DNA from: an uncultured Clostridia bacterium
GTDB taxonomy: Bacteria; Bacillota; Clostridia; Lachnospirales; Lachnospiraceae
Direction of reading: 5' to 3'
NCBI GenBank assembly: GCA_945915235.1
Contig: CAMEEX010000002.1
Location: forward strand, 6 to 64,005
DNA length: 64,000 nucleotides
Under the pieces are notes generated by a model that saw nothing but the letters and a program-made list of their open reading frames with translations, was not told where the DNA came from and did no database searches. The position numbers and the translations under genes are program-made. This document shows, piece after piece, positions 8,810 through 19,520 of the stretch (positions within the stretch are counted from its first letter, which is position 1; each line of letters begins with the position of its first letter).

Positions 8810-9692
8810 ATTTTATAAAATCTTCCAACTCACAATCGTCAATGGCTACCCTTGGTATTTCATACAATGAGTCCCCCGTTCTCCAAACCTTTTTTACTGT
8901 CGTTGCCGATTTCTTTATCCCGTTATTCCTGCATATATCTAAAGTATCGCTATTATAATGAACTGCCGAACCAAATGGAAACGAAAACGTCTCCACACTT
9001 TTTCCTATATAATCGTTCAGACATCTGATGGATTTACCTATTTCATATTCCTGCTGTTCCCTCGTCTGGCTTCCAAGCGATATATGATTAACCGTGTGTG
9101 CCCCCAGTGTTATAAGCTCCGAATCAGAAAGTGCTTTCAGCTCCTCAATGCTGACCGGCAAATTCTCTTTTCTGGCAGTATTATCAATATCCGCCCACTT
9201 TCTCAACTGCTCAAACCACTCAAATGCAAGTCTGTAATCCGGCTCCATCTTCAATAACCAATGAAGAGTCTTTATAAGCTCCACTCTCTTTTCATATGTA
9301 TCAGTCTCCCATGTGTATGCATATAATTTATCTTCCAAAGTAAACTTGGCCGGATATTGTTTTTTTACGGTGAGCAGTCTGACAATCTCGTCCCACCAGT
9401 ACTCTTTACCGGAATTGACATACCCTGTACTTATAAAAATCGTTGCGGGAACCTGTGTCTTTTCAAGTATAGGCAAAGCATATATATAGTTATCAGCATA
9501 TCCATCATCGAATGTGACAACAACCGCATCGCGTTCTCCCTGCTCCCAATCGTCCTCAAATCTCAAAATGTCATATTTGCTTTTTATATAGTTCATCTGC
9601 TCTTCAAAATGTTCCGGGCTGACCGCAAGATTAAATATCTCATCCTTTACAGCATTAACTCTATGGTAAAGCAGGCAAAGTACCTTTTTCAT
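8784..9692 (-). CDS. Polysaccharide deacetylase (CE4 / NodB homology domain)
   Basis: VVVTFDDGYADNY and LGAHTVNH are NodB motifs. Confidence 0.8.
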   Translation of the reverse strand: MKKVLCLLYHRVNAVKDEIFNLAVSPEHFEEQMNYIKSKYDILRFEDDWEQGERDAVVVTFDDGYADNYIYALPILEKTQVPATIFISTGYVNSGKEYWWDEIVRLLTVKKQYPAKFTLEDKLYAYTWETDTYEKRVELIKTLHWLLKMEPDYRLAFEWFEQLRKWADIDNTARKENLPVSIEELKALSDSELITLGAHTVNHISLGSQTREQQEYEIGKSIRCLNDYIGKSVETFSFPFGSAVHYNSDTLDICRNNGIKKSATTVKKVWRTGDSLYEIPRVAIDDCELEDFIKCVSEYMGD

Positions 9693-9724
9693 ATTTCCAT
9701 CACAGTAATTAACTCTATATAATA

Positions 9725-10963
9725 TTACTTCCAGAATATAAAGTAATTATCTATCTTCCTTTCCTTAAGAATATTTTCAATTTGAACCCGAGGAGTCTCC
9801 TTGACAACGGTGACTATAATGCCATTATTCTCATCATCAGTATAATCTGATATGTTTATAACCGGAATTTTATCTATGTCCGATATATTTTTGCCCGAGG
9901 AAACGATAAATGCCTTTGGTTCAATTCCGTTTTTTCTCAGCCAGCTTAAGCAAAAACGTCCCGCATCACCTGCTCCATACAAATATATATTCTTCTTAGC
10001 GGATGCTGCTTCCAACATTCCCTGCAAATTCGCCGGCAGCTTCCTGACCTCCGCCAGTGTAGGAAACGGAAAAAACGCATGCAGACTGTGGAAAATTTCC
10101 GTCAGGCTGCTCTGCAAAAACAGATTCTGCTTCCGTGCGTATTCCGAAGACATAACCTCGCCTGTATCATATCCGGCATCCTGTGCAACATACGCGAAAA
10201 TCCGTTCCACTCCATAGCTTAAATAATCAGAATGTGCCAACTGCACATCATCAAAATCCTCGTATGTCCATGCATACCTAAACAGTTTTTCCAGTGCTGC
10301 CGTTCTGAACCACAGCGCTGTTCCAATGGTTATTGGCGGCTTCGTCTCCTGCAAATCACATTTCAATCCAAGCCTATCCGCCAAATTCTTTGTGGTCCTA
10401 AACGAACCATGCCACCCATACCCATACCATGTACAAAAATGCACCCCGATTGGAGCCGGAGGAGCAAGAACCCCCAGTTCCTTATTCTGCTCAAACAGCT
10501 CAATAATCTGTTGAATATACCCCGTGCCTCCGATTAAATTTCCCCATATATTTTCGACCCAGAGTGTCGTATCATCTTTGGTCTCAGCGGAGTGTTCCTT
10601 CTTGTCATGGACGAAGCAGACATACTCATAATCAGGAACTACCTGTCCGGCTGCAATCAGCAAGCCACTTATATCACGCCCCGTATTCGGTTTCATTATT
10701 ATATTTATATTGGTACGCTGTGTGTTTTTTATATAATCCTTTACCTTATCCCTTACGCTATCTAACGGTGTAACAATATACACATCTATTCCCGTATCAA
10801 TACAGCTTATATACTTAAAATAATTTTCCAGTGTGTCAAAATAATACAGATATAAAATTATTGCTGCTTTTCTTTTGGAGTAAGACTCTCTGACAGGCTT
10901 CATCTCATTCGCAAGAATAAAGCACAGCCCTTTTTCCTGTTTTATATCATAAACATTTTTCAT
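9725..10963 (-). CDS. RgpF-like (rhamnan synthesis protein F family) glycosyltransferase with C-terminal Rossmann-like module
   Basis: LYLYYFDTLENYF...IDVYIVT...NTGRDISGLL...FVHDKK resembles the RgpF pattern. The C-terminus carries NIYLYGAGDAGRFCLSWLRKNG. I set the start at ATG 10963 (GAGGT 7 nt upstream) rather than the track GTG at 11017. Confidence 0.65.
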   Translation of the reverse strand: MKNVYDIKQEKGLCFILANEMKPVRESYSKRKAAIILYLYYFDTLENYFKYISCIDTGIDVYIVTPLDSVRDKVKDYIKNTQRTNINIIMKPNTGRDISGLLIAAGQVVPDYEYVCFVHDKKEHSAETKDDTTLWVENIWGNLIGGTGYIQQIIELFEQNKELGVLAPPAPIGVHFCTWYGYGWHGSFRTTKNLADRLGLKCDLQETKPPITIGTALWFRTAALEKLFRYAWTYEDFDDVQLAHSDYLSYGVERIFAYVAQDAGYDTGEVMSSEYARKQNLFLQSSLTEIFHSLHAFFPFPTLAEVRKLPANLQGMLEAASAKKNIYLYGAGDAGRFCLSWLRKNGIEPKAFIVSSGKNISDIDKIPVINISDYTDDENNGIIVTVVKETPRVQIENILKERKIDNYFIFWK

Positions 10964-11010
10964 AATCTGTACCTCTATATCTATCAGCCCAATAAAATCT
11001 TCCGGAAAAC

Positions 11011-12126
11011 CTACCACATATCCTCAAGAATATGCTCCAGCGAATAAATCGGACATTTAACTCTCGTAGACATCTCAGAATAAATCTCGTGGAAATGCGT
11101 TACAGCAGTCACAATCATGGCATCTGCATTATCACCCTCGTATTTATCCGGTTTAATTACCGGTAAATCAGAATATGCATATTTATCAGACTTATCCAAA
11201 ATACAGGTTATCTTCATACCTGAGTGCTTTAACTCAGCTATCAAATGCGTTCCAAGTTCCCCATAGCCATATATCGCCACACTGTTAATACCTTGGCGTC
11301 TCAGATAATCTGCAACTCTTTTCTCCGCCTGAAGGAGTGCCAGCCATTCACTGTATATATACTTTATCGCACCGCCATAATCGTCCGCCTTAGGCACTCT
11401 AAGTGCTCCCTGTTCCGGCTTCAAGCCAAATTCCGCATATATTCTCTCGGTTTCCCTTGAATTAATTTTTACGGAATCCACCCTCTCGCTAAATCCACCA
11501 AGTGAATACATACTGACAGGAAAATCCAGCTTTTTCACCTTTATATTTGATAAAAGACAATCATAATACCATTTGAGCTCAGCCCTGAGCTTATAGGACA
11601 CATCAAACGGGTGAGCCAGCAGACATTCCCTTTTAGCAAAAATAGACTGATGATTCAGGTTCAGGGAATGTGTTTCAAGATACGGTCTCATATCCTCACC
11701 CTCAATATTTTCTATAGAAACAGGAACCTGTATATATTCATCCTTATTCGGAAATATGTACACGCACTTTCCATAGTACCAGTCCATTCCCGGTGCTTTG
11801 TCAATCTCGCAATGTATATCATAAAGGGTGTTTTTGTTCAGCAGAAAATCTCCGCTGTTGATAAAACATATATAATCACCCTTAGCTCTTCTGACAGCCC
11901 TATTCATCGCATCATATATGCCATTATCCTTTTCCGAATAAATGCTTATATCTAATTGGCTGTACTTCTCCTTATATTGCTTAACAATCTGCAAGGTATC
12001 GTCGTCAGAGCCACCGTCCTCAATAATATGCTCATAATCGGAAAATTCCTGATTATAGATTGACTCCAAGGTCTGAGCTATTCTTTTCTGTTCATTATAA
12101 CAAATTGTTATGATTGTAAAAAGCAC
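11011..12126 (-). CDS. GT2 glycosyltransferase with C-terminal Rossmann-like module
   Basis: FTIITICYNEQKRIAQTLESIYNQEFSDYEHIIEDGGSDDDT. The C-terminus carries SVAIYGYGELGTHLIAELKHSG...DAMIVTAV. GTG start with GAGGT upstream. Confidence 0.75.
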   Translation of the reverse strand: MLFTIITICYNEQKRIAQTLESIYNQEFSDYEHIIEDGGSDDDTLQIVKQYKEKYSQLDISIYSEKDNGIYDAMNRAVRRAKGDYICFINSGDFLLNKNTLYDIHCEIDKAPGMDWYYGKCVYIFPNKDEYIQVPVSIENIEGEDMRPYLETHSLNLNHQSIFAKRECLLAHPFDVSYKLRAELKWYYDCLLSNIKVKKLDFPVSMYSLGGFSERVDSVKINSRETERIYAEFGLKPEQGALRVPKADDYGGAIKYIYSEWLALLQAEKRVADYLRRQGINSVAIYGYGELGTHLIAELKHSGMKITCILDKSDKYAYSDLPVIKPDKYEGDNADAMIVTAVTHFHEIYSEMSTRVKCPIYSLEHILEDMW

Positions 12127-12155
12127 TTGTGTTTACCTCGCTTAACTGTATTTAA

Positions 12156-13334
12156 CTACTCATAATAATCTATTGTATCTAAAATCCATATCTTTTTCAG
12201 ACCTATTCCCATACCATTCAAATCCACCATTATCTGATGGGATATTTGCGGATTTTCCACAGCAATAAATAGATAATCATATTTTAATTCCAACAAACAT
12301 TCAACAGGGAGTATATTCTTTGACGGAGCGAATTTAGAATACTGTTTATCCACCCACGCAATAACCGTCATGCCATCAATATCATCTATCTGTCTTTTTA
12401 ATAACTCACCCATTTTTCCGGCAGCATATATAGCTACTTTACAATTGTCTTTACACATAAATTGAGGTATGACATAACGCTTGCTCGTTTTCAGTCCAAG
12501 TGACCTTCCCATAAGAATTCTAAATGTTTCTGAAATATGGCGTGCTATATCTTTATTTACACAACCAAACAACATCTTTTTTTCGGCTATATTCTTATAT
12601 TGATTTTTTAAATCTATCAGACTTTTCAGTTTTTCATCTTCAATTCTGTGAATAAATGAATCCTCTAATTGCACATAATGATAACCCGCGTAGTCTAAAA
12701 CACACATATTATCTATACTCGTTATATATGAAAACACGGTAACTCCGTCTTCACAAATTAACAGCCTATATATAATCTCATCAAAGGTGTTTTTCAGTAT
12801 ATCTTTTTTAAATATTTTGCCACTCATCGAATGTATAATACCCGGTGACATTTTATCAATATCCAATATGATATTTGGCACCATCTCCATTATCTGAGCC
12901 TTTGCATATATTCCTGTCTTAACTCCATTTTTCAGCTTGAAACTTTTGGAAGGATAATCCATGCTCAAATCGGAGACAACAAAATCCAACTTTGAATTGT
13001 TGTTGACAGGTCTCATTAATTCTTCCAAAAAATCCCCATCTATCCAGTCATCAGCATCTATATAACAGATATATTCTGAATCCGCATGCTCCAAGCCATT
13101 TTTTCTGGATGACTGTAACCCTACATTGTCCTGATAGATATATACAAACCTCTTATTCCTTGCTGCATATTCCCTACAGATGTCTGCCGACTTGTCCGTT
13201 GAACCATCATCAAGCATTATAACCTCATAACACTCATACGCCTGTTCTTCTATTGACCTCAGACATCTTTCCAAATATTTTTCTTTATTATAAATTGGAA
13301 TAATAACTGAAATTTTCTTTTCTTTATCTGTCAT
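12156..13334 (-). CDS. GT2 glycosyltransferase with C-terminal Rossmann-like module
   Basis: ISVIIPIYNKEKYLERCLRSIEEQAYECYEVIMLDDGSTDKS and DADDW. The C-terminus carries KVAIYAAGKMGELLKRQI...YDYLFIAV. The start is at ATG 13334 after GAGGAAA. Confidence 0.8.
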   Translation of the reverse strand: MTDKEKKISVIIPIYNKEKYLERCLRSIEEQAYECYEVIMLDDGSTDKSADICREYAARNKRFVYIYQDNVGLQSSRKNGLEHADSEYICYIDADDWIDGDFLEELMRPVNNNSKLDFVVSDLSMDYPSKSFKLKNGVKTGIYAKAQIMEMVPNIILDIDKMSPGIIHSMSGKIFKKDILKNTFDEIIYRLLICEDGVTVFSYITSIDNMCVLDYAGYHYVQLEDSFIHRIEDEKLKSLIDLKNQYKNIAEKKMLFGCVNKDIARHISETFRILMGRSLGLKTSKRYVIPQFMCKDNCKVAIYAAGKMGELLKRQIDDIDGMTVIAWVDKQYSKFAPSKNILPVECLLELKYDYLFIAVENPQISHQIMVDLNGMGIGLKKIWILDTIDYYE

Positions 13335-13372
13335 CTTATTTCCTCTGTTAATGAAATTAACACGGCGCACTA

Positions 13373-14470
13373 TTATTTGGCACTTTGAACAAATACGCCA
13401 TATTTTTTAATCTTATATTGCTGTAAAATCTCAATAAAACTATATATATTTATTGGATGCGCCGCAATAACTATGAGGTAATCCTCCTGTAGCTGTGGCA
13501 ACTTATCAGTTGATACTATCTCAACCCCGTTAAGCCTTTCTCCTACGAGATTCTGATTTCTATCAACATAATATGCAATTCTGTCACCATAGCCCTCATA
13601 AGCCTTTTGTCCAAATCCACCTGCGCCATATACAACTATTTTTTTATCGCCATCAATCTCTAATTCTGACCTAATTTCAGGAAATACATTCACGAACTTT
13701 TCCCTTAGATTTTTATCAACCAGACCTTCCGTCTTAAATTCATAATATATTCTGCAGATTTCCCTTTTATCGCCCGACAGCCTGTCAATTATATTCGAAA
13801 TATTATCCTTTCGCAGCCTCAGCCACTGATTATAAATTTCCTTCTTTCTTTTTCCCGTCAGGCTTTTTCCGTGCTCCCTATATAAATATAACTCCTTATC
13901 AATGTAATCTATTTTTCCATAATTAAATAGAATTCTCAACCAATAATCATAATCCTCAACAAGGAACCTGCCTGCATCATACTCACCAACATCACTCAAA
14001 ACACAGCTTCTATACATAAAACATGCCCCGACACAATCGTCATGCAGCATGGTTTTTGGGTCATATTTAAGATATTTTCTTATAAAATTTCCTTTTTCAT
14101 CAATCACCTGCATCGCTGCACACACCATATATGAGTCCGGATTATTATCAAGAAATTTTACCATCTCAGATAAAGCCTCCGGCAGGTAAATATTATCATC
14201 TGATGTCCAGGTTAACAATTCACCATTAGCATTCCTAAATCCAATATTTAAAGATTCCGGCAGTTTTTTATTCACACAATTTTTTATTGTTCTTATCCTC
14301 TTATCCATCAGAATATATTTATCTATTATTTGCTGTGTGTCATCAGTCGAGCAGTCATTAACTATAATTAACTCCCAATCTGTATATGTCTGTCTTATAA
14401 TACTTTCTATAGATTCGCTTATAAAATCCTGTCCATTATATGTAGGCAAAACAATACTTACCTTCGGCAT
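13373..14470 (-). CDS. GT2 glycosyltransferase with C-terminal Rossmann-like module
   Basis: VSIVLPTYNGQDFISESIESIIRQTYTDWELIIVNDCSTDDT. The last 90 aa are KKIVVYGAGGFGQKAYEGYG...DYLIVIAA... Confidence 0.8.
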   Translation of the reverse strand: MPKVSIVLPTYNGQDFISESIESIIRQTYTDWELIIVNDCSTDDTQQIIDKYILMDKRIRTIKNCVNKKLPESLNIGFRNANGELLTWTSDDNIYLPEALSEMVKFLDNNPDSYMVCAAMQVIDEKGNFIRKYLKYDPKTMLHDDCVGACFMYRSCVLSDVGEYDAGRFLVEDYDYWLRILFNYGKIDYIDKELYLYREHGKSLTGKRKKEIYNQWLRLRKDNISNIIDRLSGDKREICRIYYEFKTEGLVDKNLREKFVNVFPEIRSELEIDGDKKIVVYGAGGFGQKAYEGYGDRIAYYVDRNQNLVGERLNGVEIVSTDKLPQLQEDYLIVIAAHPINIYSFIEILQQYKIKKYGVFVQSAK

Positions 14471-14472
14471 TT

Positions 14473-15597
14473 TTAATTCTCTCCCCGTGTCATAAAGTGA
14501 TTAATTAAAACATTTACTATTTTTTCACATGCATGTCCGTCTCCATACGGATTATTAGCATGACTCATTTTCATATATGCTTCCGGCTCACGCAGCAATT
14601 TATTAGCTTCGTCGTATATTCTCTTTTCAGATGTTCCCACAAGCTTCAATGTTCCTGCCTCAACGCCCTCCGGTCTCTCTGTTGTATCACGCATCACCAA
14701 AACAGGCTTTCCCAGTGCCGGAGCTTCCTCCTGAATTCCTCCACTATCTGTCAAAATCATATAACATCTATTTATAAAATTATGAAAATCAAGAACGTCA
14801 AGCGGCTCTATCATGCGTATTCTATCGCAATCTGACATATATTTAGATGCTATCTCTCTTACCGCAGGATTTTTATGAATAGGATATATTACTTTTACAT
14901 CTTTGTTATCATCAACAATTTTTCTTATGGCAGAAAACATCTCTTCCATTGGTAAACCTATATTTTCCCGTCTATGAGCAGTTACTATTACCAATTTACT
15001 TCCATTAGCCCATGCAAGATTTTCATTATCATATGTATTATCAACAGTAGTTTTTAGCGCATCAATCACCGTGTTACCGGTGACAAAGATTTTTTCTGCA
15101 TTCTTTCCCTCTGCTAAAAGATGGGCCTTGGCATTCTCTGTAGGCGCAAAATACAGTTCAGAAAAAACATCCACTGCCTGTCTATTGAATTCCTCTGGAA
15201 ACGGGGAGTCCATTTTGTAGGTTCTTAAACCCGCTTCAACATGCCCAACCGGAATTCTATTATAAAATGCAGCTAATCCGGCAGCAAATGACGTAGTTGT
15301 ATCACCATGAACAAGTACTATGTCCGGCATTTCCTTGAGAATAACCTCTTCCATTCCCTGCAAAACTGCCGATGTAATCATGCTGAGTGTCTGCTGTTTT
15401 TTCATAATATCCAGGTTATAATCGGGAGTAATATGAAAAGTACTCATGACCTGATTAAGCATTTCTCTGTGCTGCCCGGTAAGACATACCACTGTTTTAA
15501 TTTCTTCATGTTTTTTTAACTCAATTACCAGAGGACACATCTTAATTGCCTCAGGCCGTGTTCCAAATACTACCAATACTTTCACTTTTATCACCAA
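14473..15597 (-). CDS. wecB: UDP-N-acetylglucosamine 2-epimerase, non-hydrolysing type (WecB/MnaA)
   Basis: VFGTRPEAIKMCPLV, VHGDTTTS and TDSGGIQEEAPALGKPVLVMRDTTERPE. The start codon is uncertain (TTG 15597 or GTG 15585). Confidence 0.9.
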   Translation of the reverse strand: MVIKVKVLVVFGTRPEAIKMCPLVIELKKHEEIKTVVCLTGQHREMLNQVMSTFHITPDYNLDIMKKQQTLSMITSAVLQGMEEVILKEMPDIVLVHGDTTTSFAAGLAAFYNRIPVGHVEAGLRTYKMDSPFPEEFNRQAVDVFSELYFAPTENAKAHLLAEGKNAEKIFVTGNTVIDALKTTVDNTYDNENLAWANGSKLVIVTAHRRENIGLPMEEMFSAIRKIVDDNKDVKVIYPIHKNPAVREIASKYMSDCDRIRMIEPLDVLDFHNFINRCYMILTDSGGIQEEAPALGKPVLVMRDTTERPEGVEAGTLKLVGTSEKRIYDEANKLLREPEAYMKMSHANNPYGDGHACEKIVNVLINHFMTRGEN

Positions 15598-15642
15598 CCT
15601 ATTTTTCCTAAATTGTATTTTGATATATGTAATATAAAAATA

Positions 15643-17133
15643 TCAGAGTTTTTCTTCTATGATAGCTCTTAGAGATATTATGTTGTTATATCCGGCATTT
15701 TTTAATGTGTGATATATGTCATCAAAATAAAAGAATGAACATACAATCACTGCATCTATACTTCCATCATATGGAATACACTCCGTTCCATCTATGCCAC
15801 GCAATGACCCACGCCACTGTCTGTCAAATATGTATTCAATGTGAACTTCCGAATTTTCAAGCTCTGCTGATAAATGCTTTGTAAACATGCCAAAACCATA
15901 TAACGCTATTTTCTCTATTTTATTCTCTTTAAAATATTCTGATATCGAGTAGGCTCTGTCTCTCAGCGTCATCCATTTTTCAAGATATTCAAAATACATG
16001 CTATCTTTATCTTGACCAAGCTGAGTCAATCCTTCAGTTACAGCTTGTACAGGGGTGGAACAAAATACATTTTTATAATTTTCTCTTGCACTCTTTACAG
16101 CTTCAAGATATCGGGTTCCATTTACCGTGTCCGGTTCAAGATACATTCCCTCTCCCCATTCGTTCCATGCATTAATAAATGTAAATTCACTTCCGGACAT
16201 GCTGTTCTTCTTCAAAAGTAATGTCAAATACTTCTCGAAAAGCTCCGGTGTTGCTCCCACAAGTACATTTCCCTTATCCCCTCGTCTCGGCGTGTCGTCA
16301 TAATCGACAAGCGCTTCATATGTAACATTTGTGGAATTTACATTATTATTCAATATATTTTCCCATACACTACTATAATCAGTAAATAATGTCGATTTTT
16401 TCCCCTTTAAACTTAACTTCAATGCCGTCGCCGGTGCCGGAACCATCTTTTCATCCAATATGCCATCTACAGTATTTTCAGCAAATGCCCCAATAAAATA
16501 AATTCCACTAAGACCGTGTTCAACCGCAAGTTCCTGCCAATAATCAGTCATTTCCTCAAGTCGTGATATTTTATACGATATATAAAACATAAACACCGGT
16601 TTATCATTAACCCTTATATATCTCTTGTCCTCAAAGAAGGGTAGCAAATATTCAAAATGTTTCTTCCATGCGTCTTTTGAACCGTATTGTTGCTCTAAAA
16701 GAATTGCCTTTTCGCCCTTGCTGCCCTCTTTCTCATATTTACATGCCCATGAATTTTTTCCCTGTAATGCACTCCACGATCTTGCCCATGTTTCATTCGC
16801 CCAACAAAAGCAGAACGGCATATCTATGCCCTTGTTATTCAAAAGTATTTCAGCCGGCTTCTCCAATATCTGTCTTCCGTCTTTAAACCAATAATGATAC
16901 ATACACATTCCGTCTATGCCATATTGCTTCATCAACTCAGCCTGCCACCTTAACGTATTCTCGTCTGTCAAATCATAATAATTATCTCCCAATGGCTCTC
17001 TCGGTTGCCTATGGTCATCTGATAATGGCTTAGCTTGTCTGACCGTAACCCAGTCAGTAAATCCCTCGCCCCACCATTCATCGTTTTCCTTAACTCTATG
17101 AAACTGCGGTAAATACATTGCAAGTATTTTCAT
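15643..17133 (-). CDS. WbsX-like glycosyltransferase/glycosidase-fold protein with C-terminal Rossmann-like module
   Basis: MKILAMYLPQFHRVKENDEWWGEGFTDW is the WbsX family N-terminal signature as I recall it. The C-terminus carries KIALYGFGMFTKHLSAELE...IDAVIVCS. Confidence 0.7.
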   Translation of the reverse strand: MKILAMYLPQFHRVKENDEWWGEGFTDWVTVRQAKPLSDDHRQPREPLGDNYYDLTDENTLRWQAELMKQYGIDGMCMYHYWFKDGRQILEKPAEILLNNKGIDMPFCFCWANETWARSWSALQGKNSWACKYEKEGSKGEKAILLEQQYGSKDAWKKHFEYLLPFFEDKRYIRVNDKPVFMFYISYKISRLEEMTDYWQELAVEHGLSGIYFIGAFAENTVDGILDEKMVPAPATALKLSLKGKKSTLFTDYSSVWENILNNNVNSTNVTYEALVDYDDTPRRGDKGNVLVGATPELFEKYLTLLLKKNSMSGSEFTFINAWNEWGEGMYLEPDTVNGTRYLEAVKSARENYKNVFCSTPVQAVTEGLTQLGQDKDSMYFEYLEKWMTLRDRAYSISEYFKENKIEKIALYGFGMFTKHLSAELENSEVHIEYIFDRQWRGSLRGIDGTECIPYDGSIDAVIVCSFFYFDDIYHTLKNAGYNNIISLRAIIEEKL

Positions 17134-18254
17134 TATTTTTCCTCACTATAATTTTTCGTATGAATACATAATTTAACTCCTCTAACTAATGCCCTGTTTA
17201 AACTTGTTGAAATATAGGTCTGTCTCATCTTCCACGGATACCACATATACCCTTTAGACGTAGTATGACTTACTCCCATAATATCCATCTGATTTTCTAT
17301 AAGCGTCTGGTCAAAATCACTATGATAACAGCAGATAGCCATAGATATATTTTCAGAACGGTCAATAAGCGAAGCTGCTCCCCTTAACGCATCCCATTCA
17401 TTACCTTCTATGTCCATTTTAATAAAATCTACCGGCTGATTTATCAATGAATCCAATTTTGCATACTTTCCCTCATCATATGAAGTTATGTATTTTTCAA
17501 TTATGCAGACTTTATCCATATATTTCTCAAAAGTATGTTTAAGAGCCTGTATCCATCCCGGATCTGTTTCAATAATATATAACTTTTTTACTCTTTCAAT
17601 TATTTCCAAAGAAAAGTTTCCCTCAGCAACCCCTGCATCGATAACAACACTACCCGGTTTAACCACAAAATCTTCCGTTATATATCTATGTGGGGATTCC
17701 TCATCCTGTTCAAGACATACCGAATTATAGTAGTTCTCAACCTGCTCCTTCGTCTTAAATTCAGGAGTAAAATACATTTTCATACCTTTATGTATAACGT
17801 AAAACAGCCCACATTCCTCATCTAAATAAACATTATATTTTTTATCACAATATTTTTTTACAAAATCATAATTAAATACACCTAATTTGTTACAGCTTAG
17901 ATATTTTAAAATTTGCTGTATTTCACTATCCTTTGAGTTAGCATATCGCTTCATTATACTTCTTTTGTAAAAAAAACTTCTATCCTCAACCCTTCCTATG
18001 TACGATTTGTCAAGTGATACAATTTGATCGTATATTTCATTATATGCGTTTGCTAATATAACAATTGCATCTATTTTTTCTCTGTTTTCGAGTATAAAAT
18101 CCGCCGAAAATACTTTTACTCCATAAAAATTTATACCATGTTTACCTGCATCATTGTCAACTATTCCAAGTACATTATAATCACTTATTGTCATGCTCTC
18201 AGTCAGTATCTGTTTAGTTAGTCCTGAAGCCCCCCATAAGACTATATTTTCCAT
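17133..18254 (-). CDS. FkbM-family methyltransferase with N-terminal Rossmann-like module
   Basis: The N-terminus carries NIVLWGASGLTKQILTES...IDAIVILA. VIDAGVAEGNFSLE and IKMDIEGNEWDAL are FkbM-type SAM-MTase motifs. The start is at the second ATG (GGAG 7 nt upstream). There is a 1-nt TAATG overlap with the next gene. Confidence 0.7.
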   Translation of the reverse strand: MENIVLWGASGLTKQILTESMTISDYNVLGIVDNDAGKHGINFYGVKVFSADFILENREKIDAIVILANAYNEIYDQIVSLDKSYIGRVEDRSFFYKRSIMKRYANSKDSEIQQILKYLSCNKLGVFNYDFVKKYCDKKYNVYLDEECGLFYVIHKGMKMYFTPEFKTKEQVENYYNSVCLEQDEESPHRYITEDFVVKPGSVVIDAGVAEGNFSLEIIERVKKLYIIETDPGWIQALKHTFEKYMDKVCIIEKYITSYDEGKYAKLDSLINQPVDFIKMDIEGNEWDALRGAASLIDRSENISMAICCYHSDFDQTLIENQMDIMGVSHTTSKGYMWYPWKMRQTYISTSLNRALVRGVKLCIHTKNYSEEK

Positions 18255-18280
18255 AATCATGCTCCTCTTTTAGCCAAAAT

Positions 18281-19507
18281 CTACTCACATTCGTTAATAT
18301 ATTGGTTGATTACAAATGGTTCTATATCTACAATCTTATTATCCGAAAATCCAGGCAACAACCTCTTAATATTGTCTCTTATTTCATCAGCATATATTTC
18401 TGAGGCAATCACAATTACATCAAATTTAAAGAATCGCATTTTATCCGGCGAAATAATAATTGTATTATCAAAAGACTGAAACTGCTTTTCTCTATTTGAA
18501 TCAACAAAAGAAACAATTTCATATTGTTCCTTATCAATTCTCGGAAGCATTTTTCTGCACAGTCCCCCCGTTCCATAAACCAGTAATCTCTTCTTACCTG
18601 TAGATGGCTTAACCTCTCTTAACCTTTCTGATTTTAATTTTAATGCCATGATTTCTGAAAACCGTAACATTATACCCTGCAAATTATCATATACCAGATT
18701 ATCATACTTGGTAGTAATATCAAAACTTAGCTTATCTTCTTTCGTTTCATTTCCTTCATAATATGCATATGACATTGACTTCTGCTCTAAATCAACATTA
18801 TCATTCATAATATCATACATTTTCTTCCAATGTGATCCCGTCTGGATTCCATTGTCAGGATATGACAACATATTAATGCTATTCAATATAATCTGTTTTG
18901 TATATTGATTTTTTCCGCGTATAGGGAAATGTGCAAATCTTAAGTTCTCTGCTTTTCCTTCTTTGCTGCCACCTAGAACTTTAGCGCTATGATTTCCCTC
19001 TGCAATTATAAGTTTCTTTTCAAGTACCATCTTACCAGGTACGATTACCTTCGTAAATTTTTCCTGAGTATCATCGCGGTAAACAGGATAATCTTCGACC
19101 CTGAACATTCTATCCGGAGCATTTTTATAAATATACGTTCTCCATAAAAGATAATAAATCGTATCATCAGATAATTTTTCAATCTCTTCTCTTACACCAG
19201 CTCCGGCAATGTTGATAAGCATTTCATCAGCATCCATTAACACCAGAAAATCTATATTATTAGATTTCACAAAATTATATGTATACTTGTTAGCAAATTT
19301 ATAGGCATCAAATTCACTTGCTGCCTCATCTATCAACATTATTGGCAATCCCTCATCAATCAAGCTGTTTATTATCTCATATGTGCCATCAATGCTTCCG
19401 TTATCTATAACCAATATACTGTCAAAAAACTGTGCATGATATCTGAGGAAATATTCTATTATGTCTGCTTCATTTTTAACCTTGGTAATTAAACCTAGTT
19501 TTTTCAT
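18281..19507 (-). CDS. GT2-like glycosyltransferase (Glyco_tranf_2_4-like) with C-terminal Rossmann-like module
   Basis: ITKVKNEADIIEYFLRYHAQFFDSILVIDNGSIDGT and MDADE. The C-terminus carries RLLVYGTGGLCRKMLPRID...FDVIVIAS. Confidence 0.6.
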   Translation of the reverse strand: MKKLGLITKVKNEADIIEYFLRYHAQFFDSILVIDNGSIDGTYEIINSLIDEGLPIMLIDEAASEFDAYKFANKYTYNFVKSNNIDFLVLMDADEMLINIAGAGVREEIEKLSDDTIYYLLWRTYIYKNAPDRMFRVEDYPVYRDDTQEKFTKVIVPGKMVLEKKLIIAEGNHSAKVLGGSKEGKAENLRFAHFPIRGKNQYTKQIILNSINMLSYPDNGIQTGSHWKKMYDIMNDNVDLEQKSMSYAYYEGNETKEDKLSFDITTKYDNLVYDNLQGIMLRFSEIMALKLKSERLREVKPSTGKKRLLVYGTGGLCRKMLPRIDKEQYEIVSFVDSNREKQFQSFDNTIIISPDKMRFFKFDVIVIASEIYADEIRDNIKRLLPGFSDNKIVDIEPFVINQYINECE

Positions 19508-19520
19508 ATTATCACCGTTC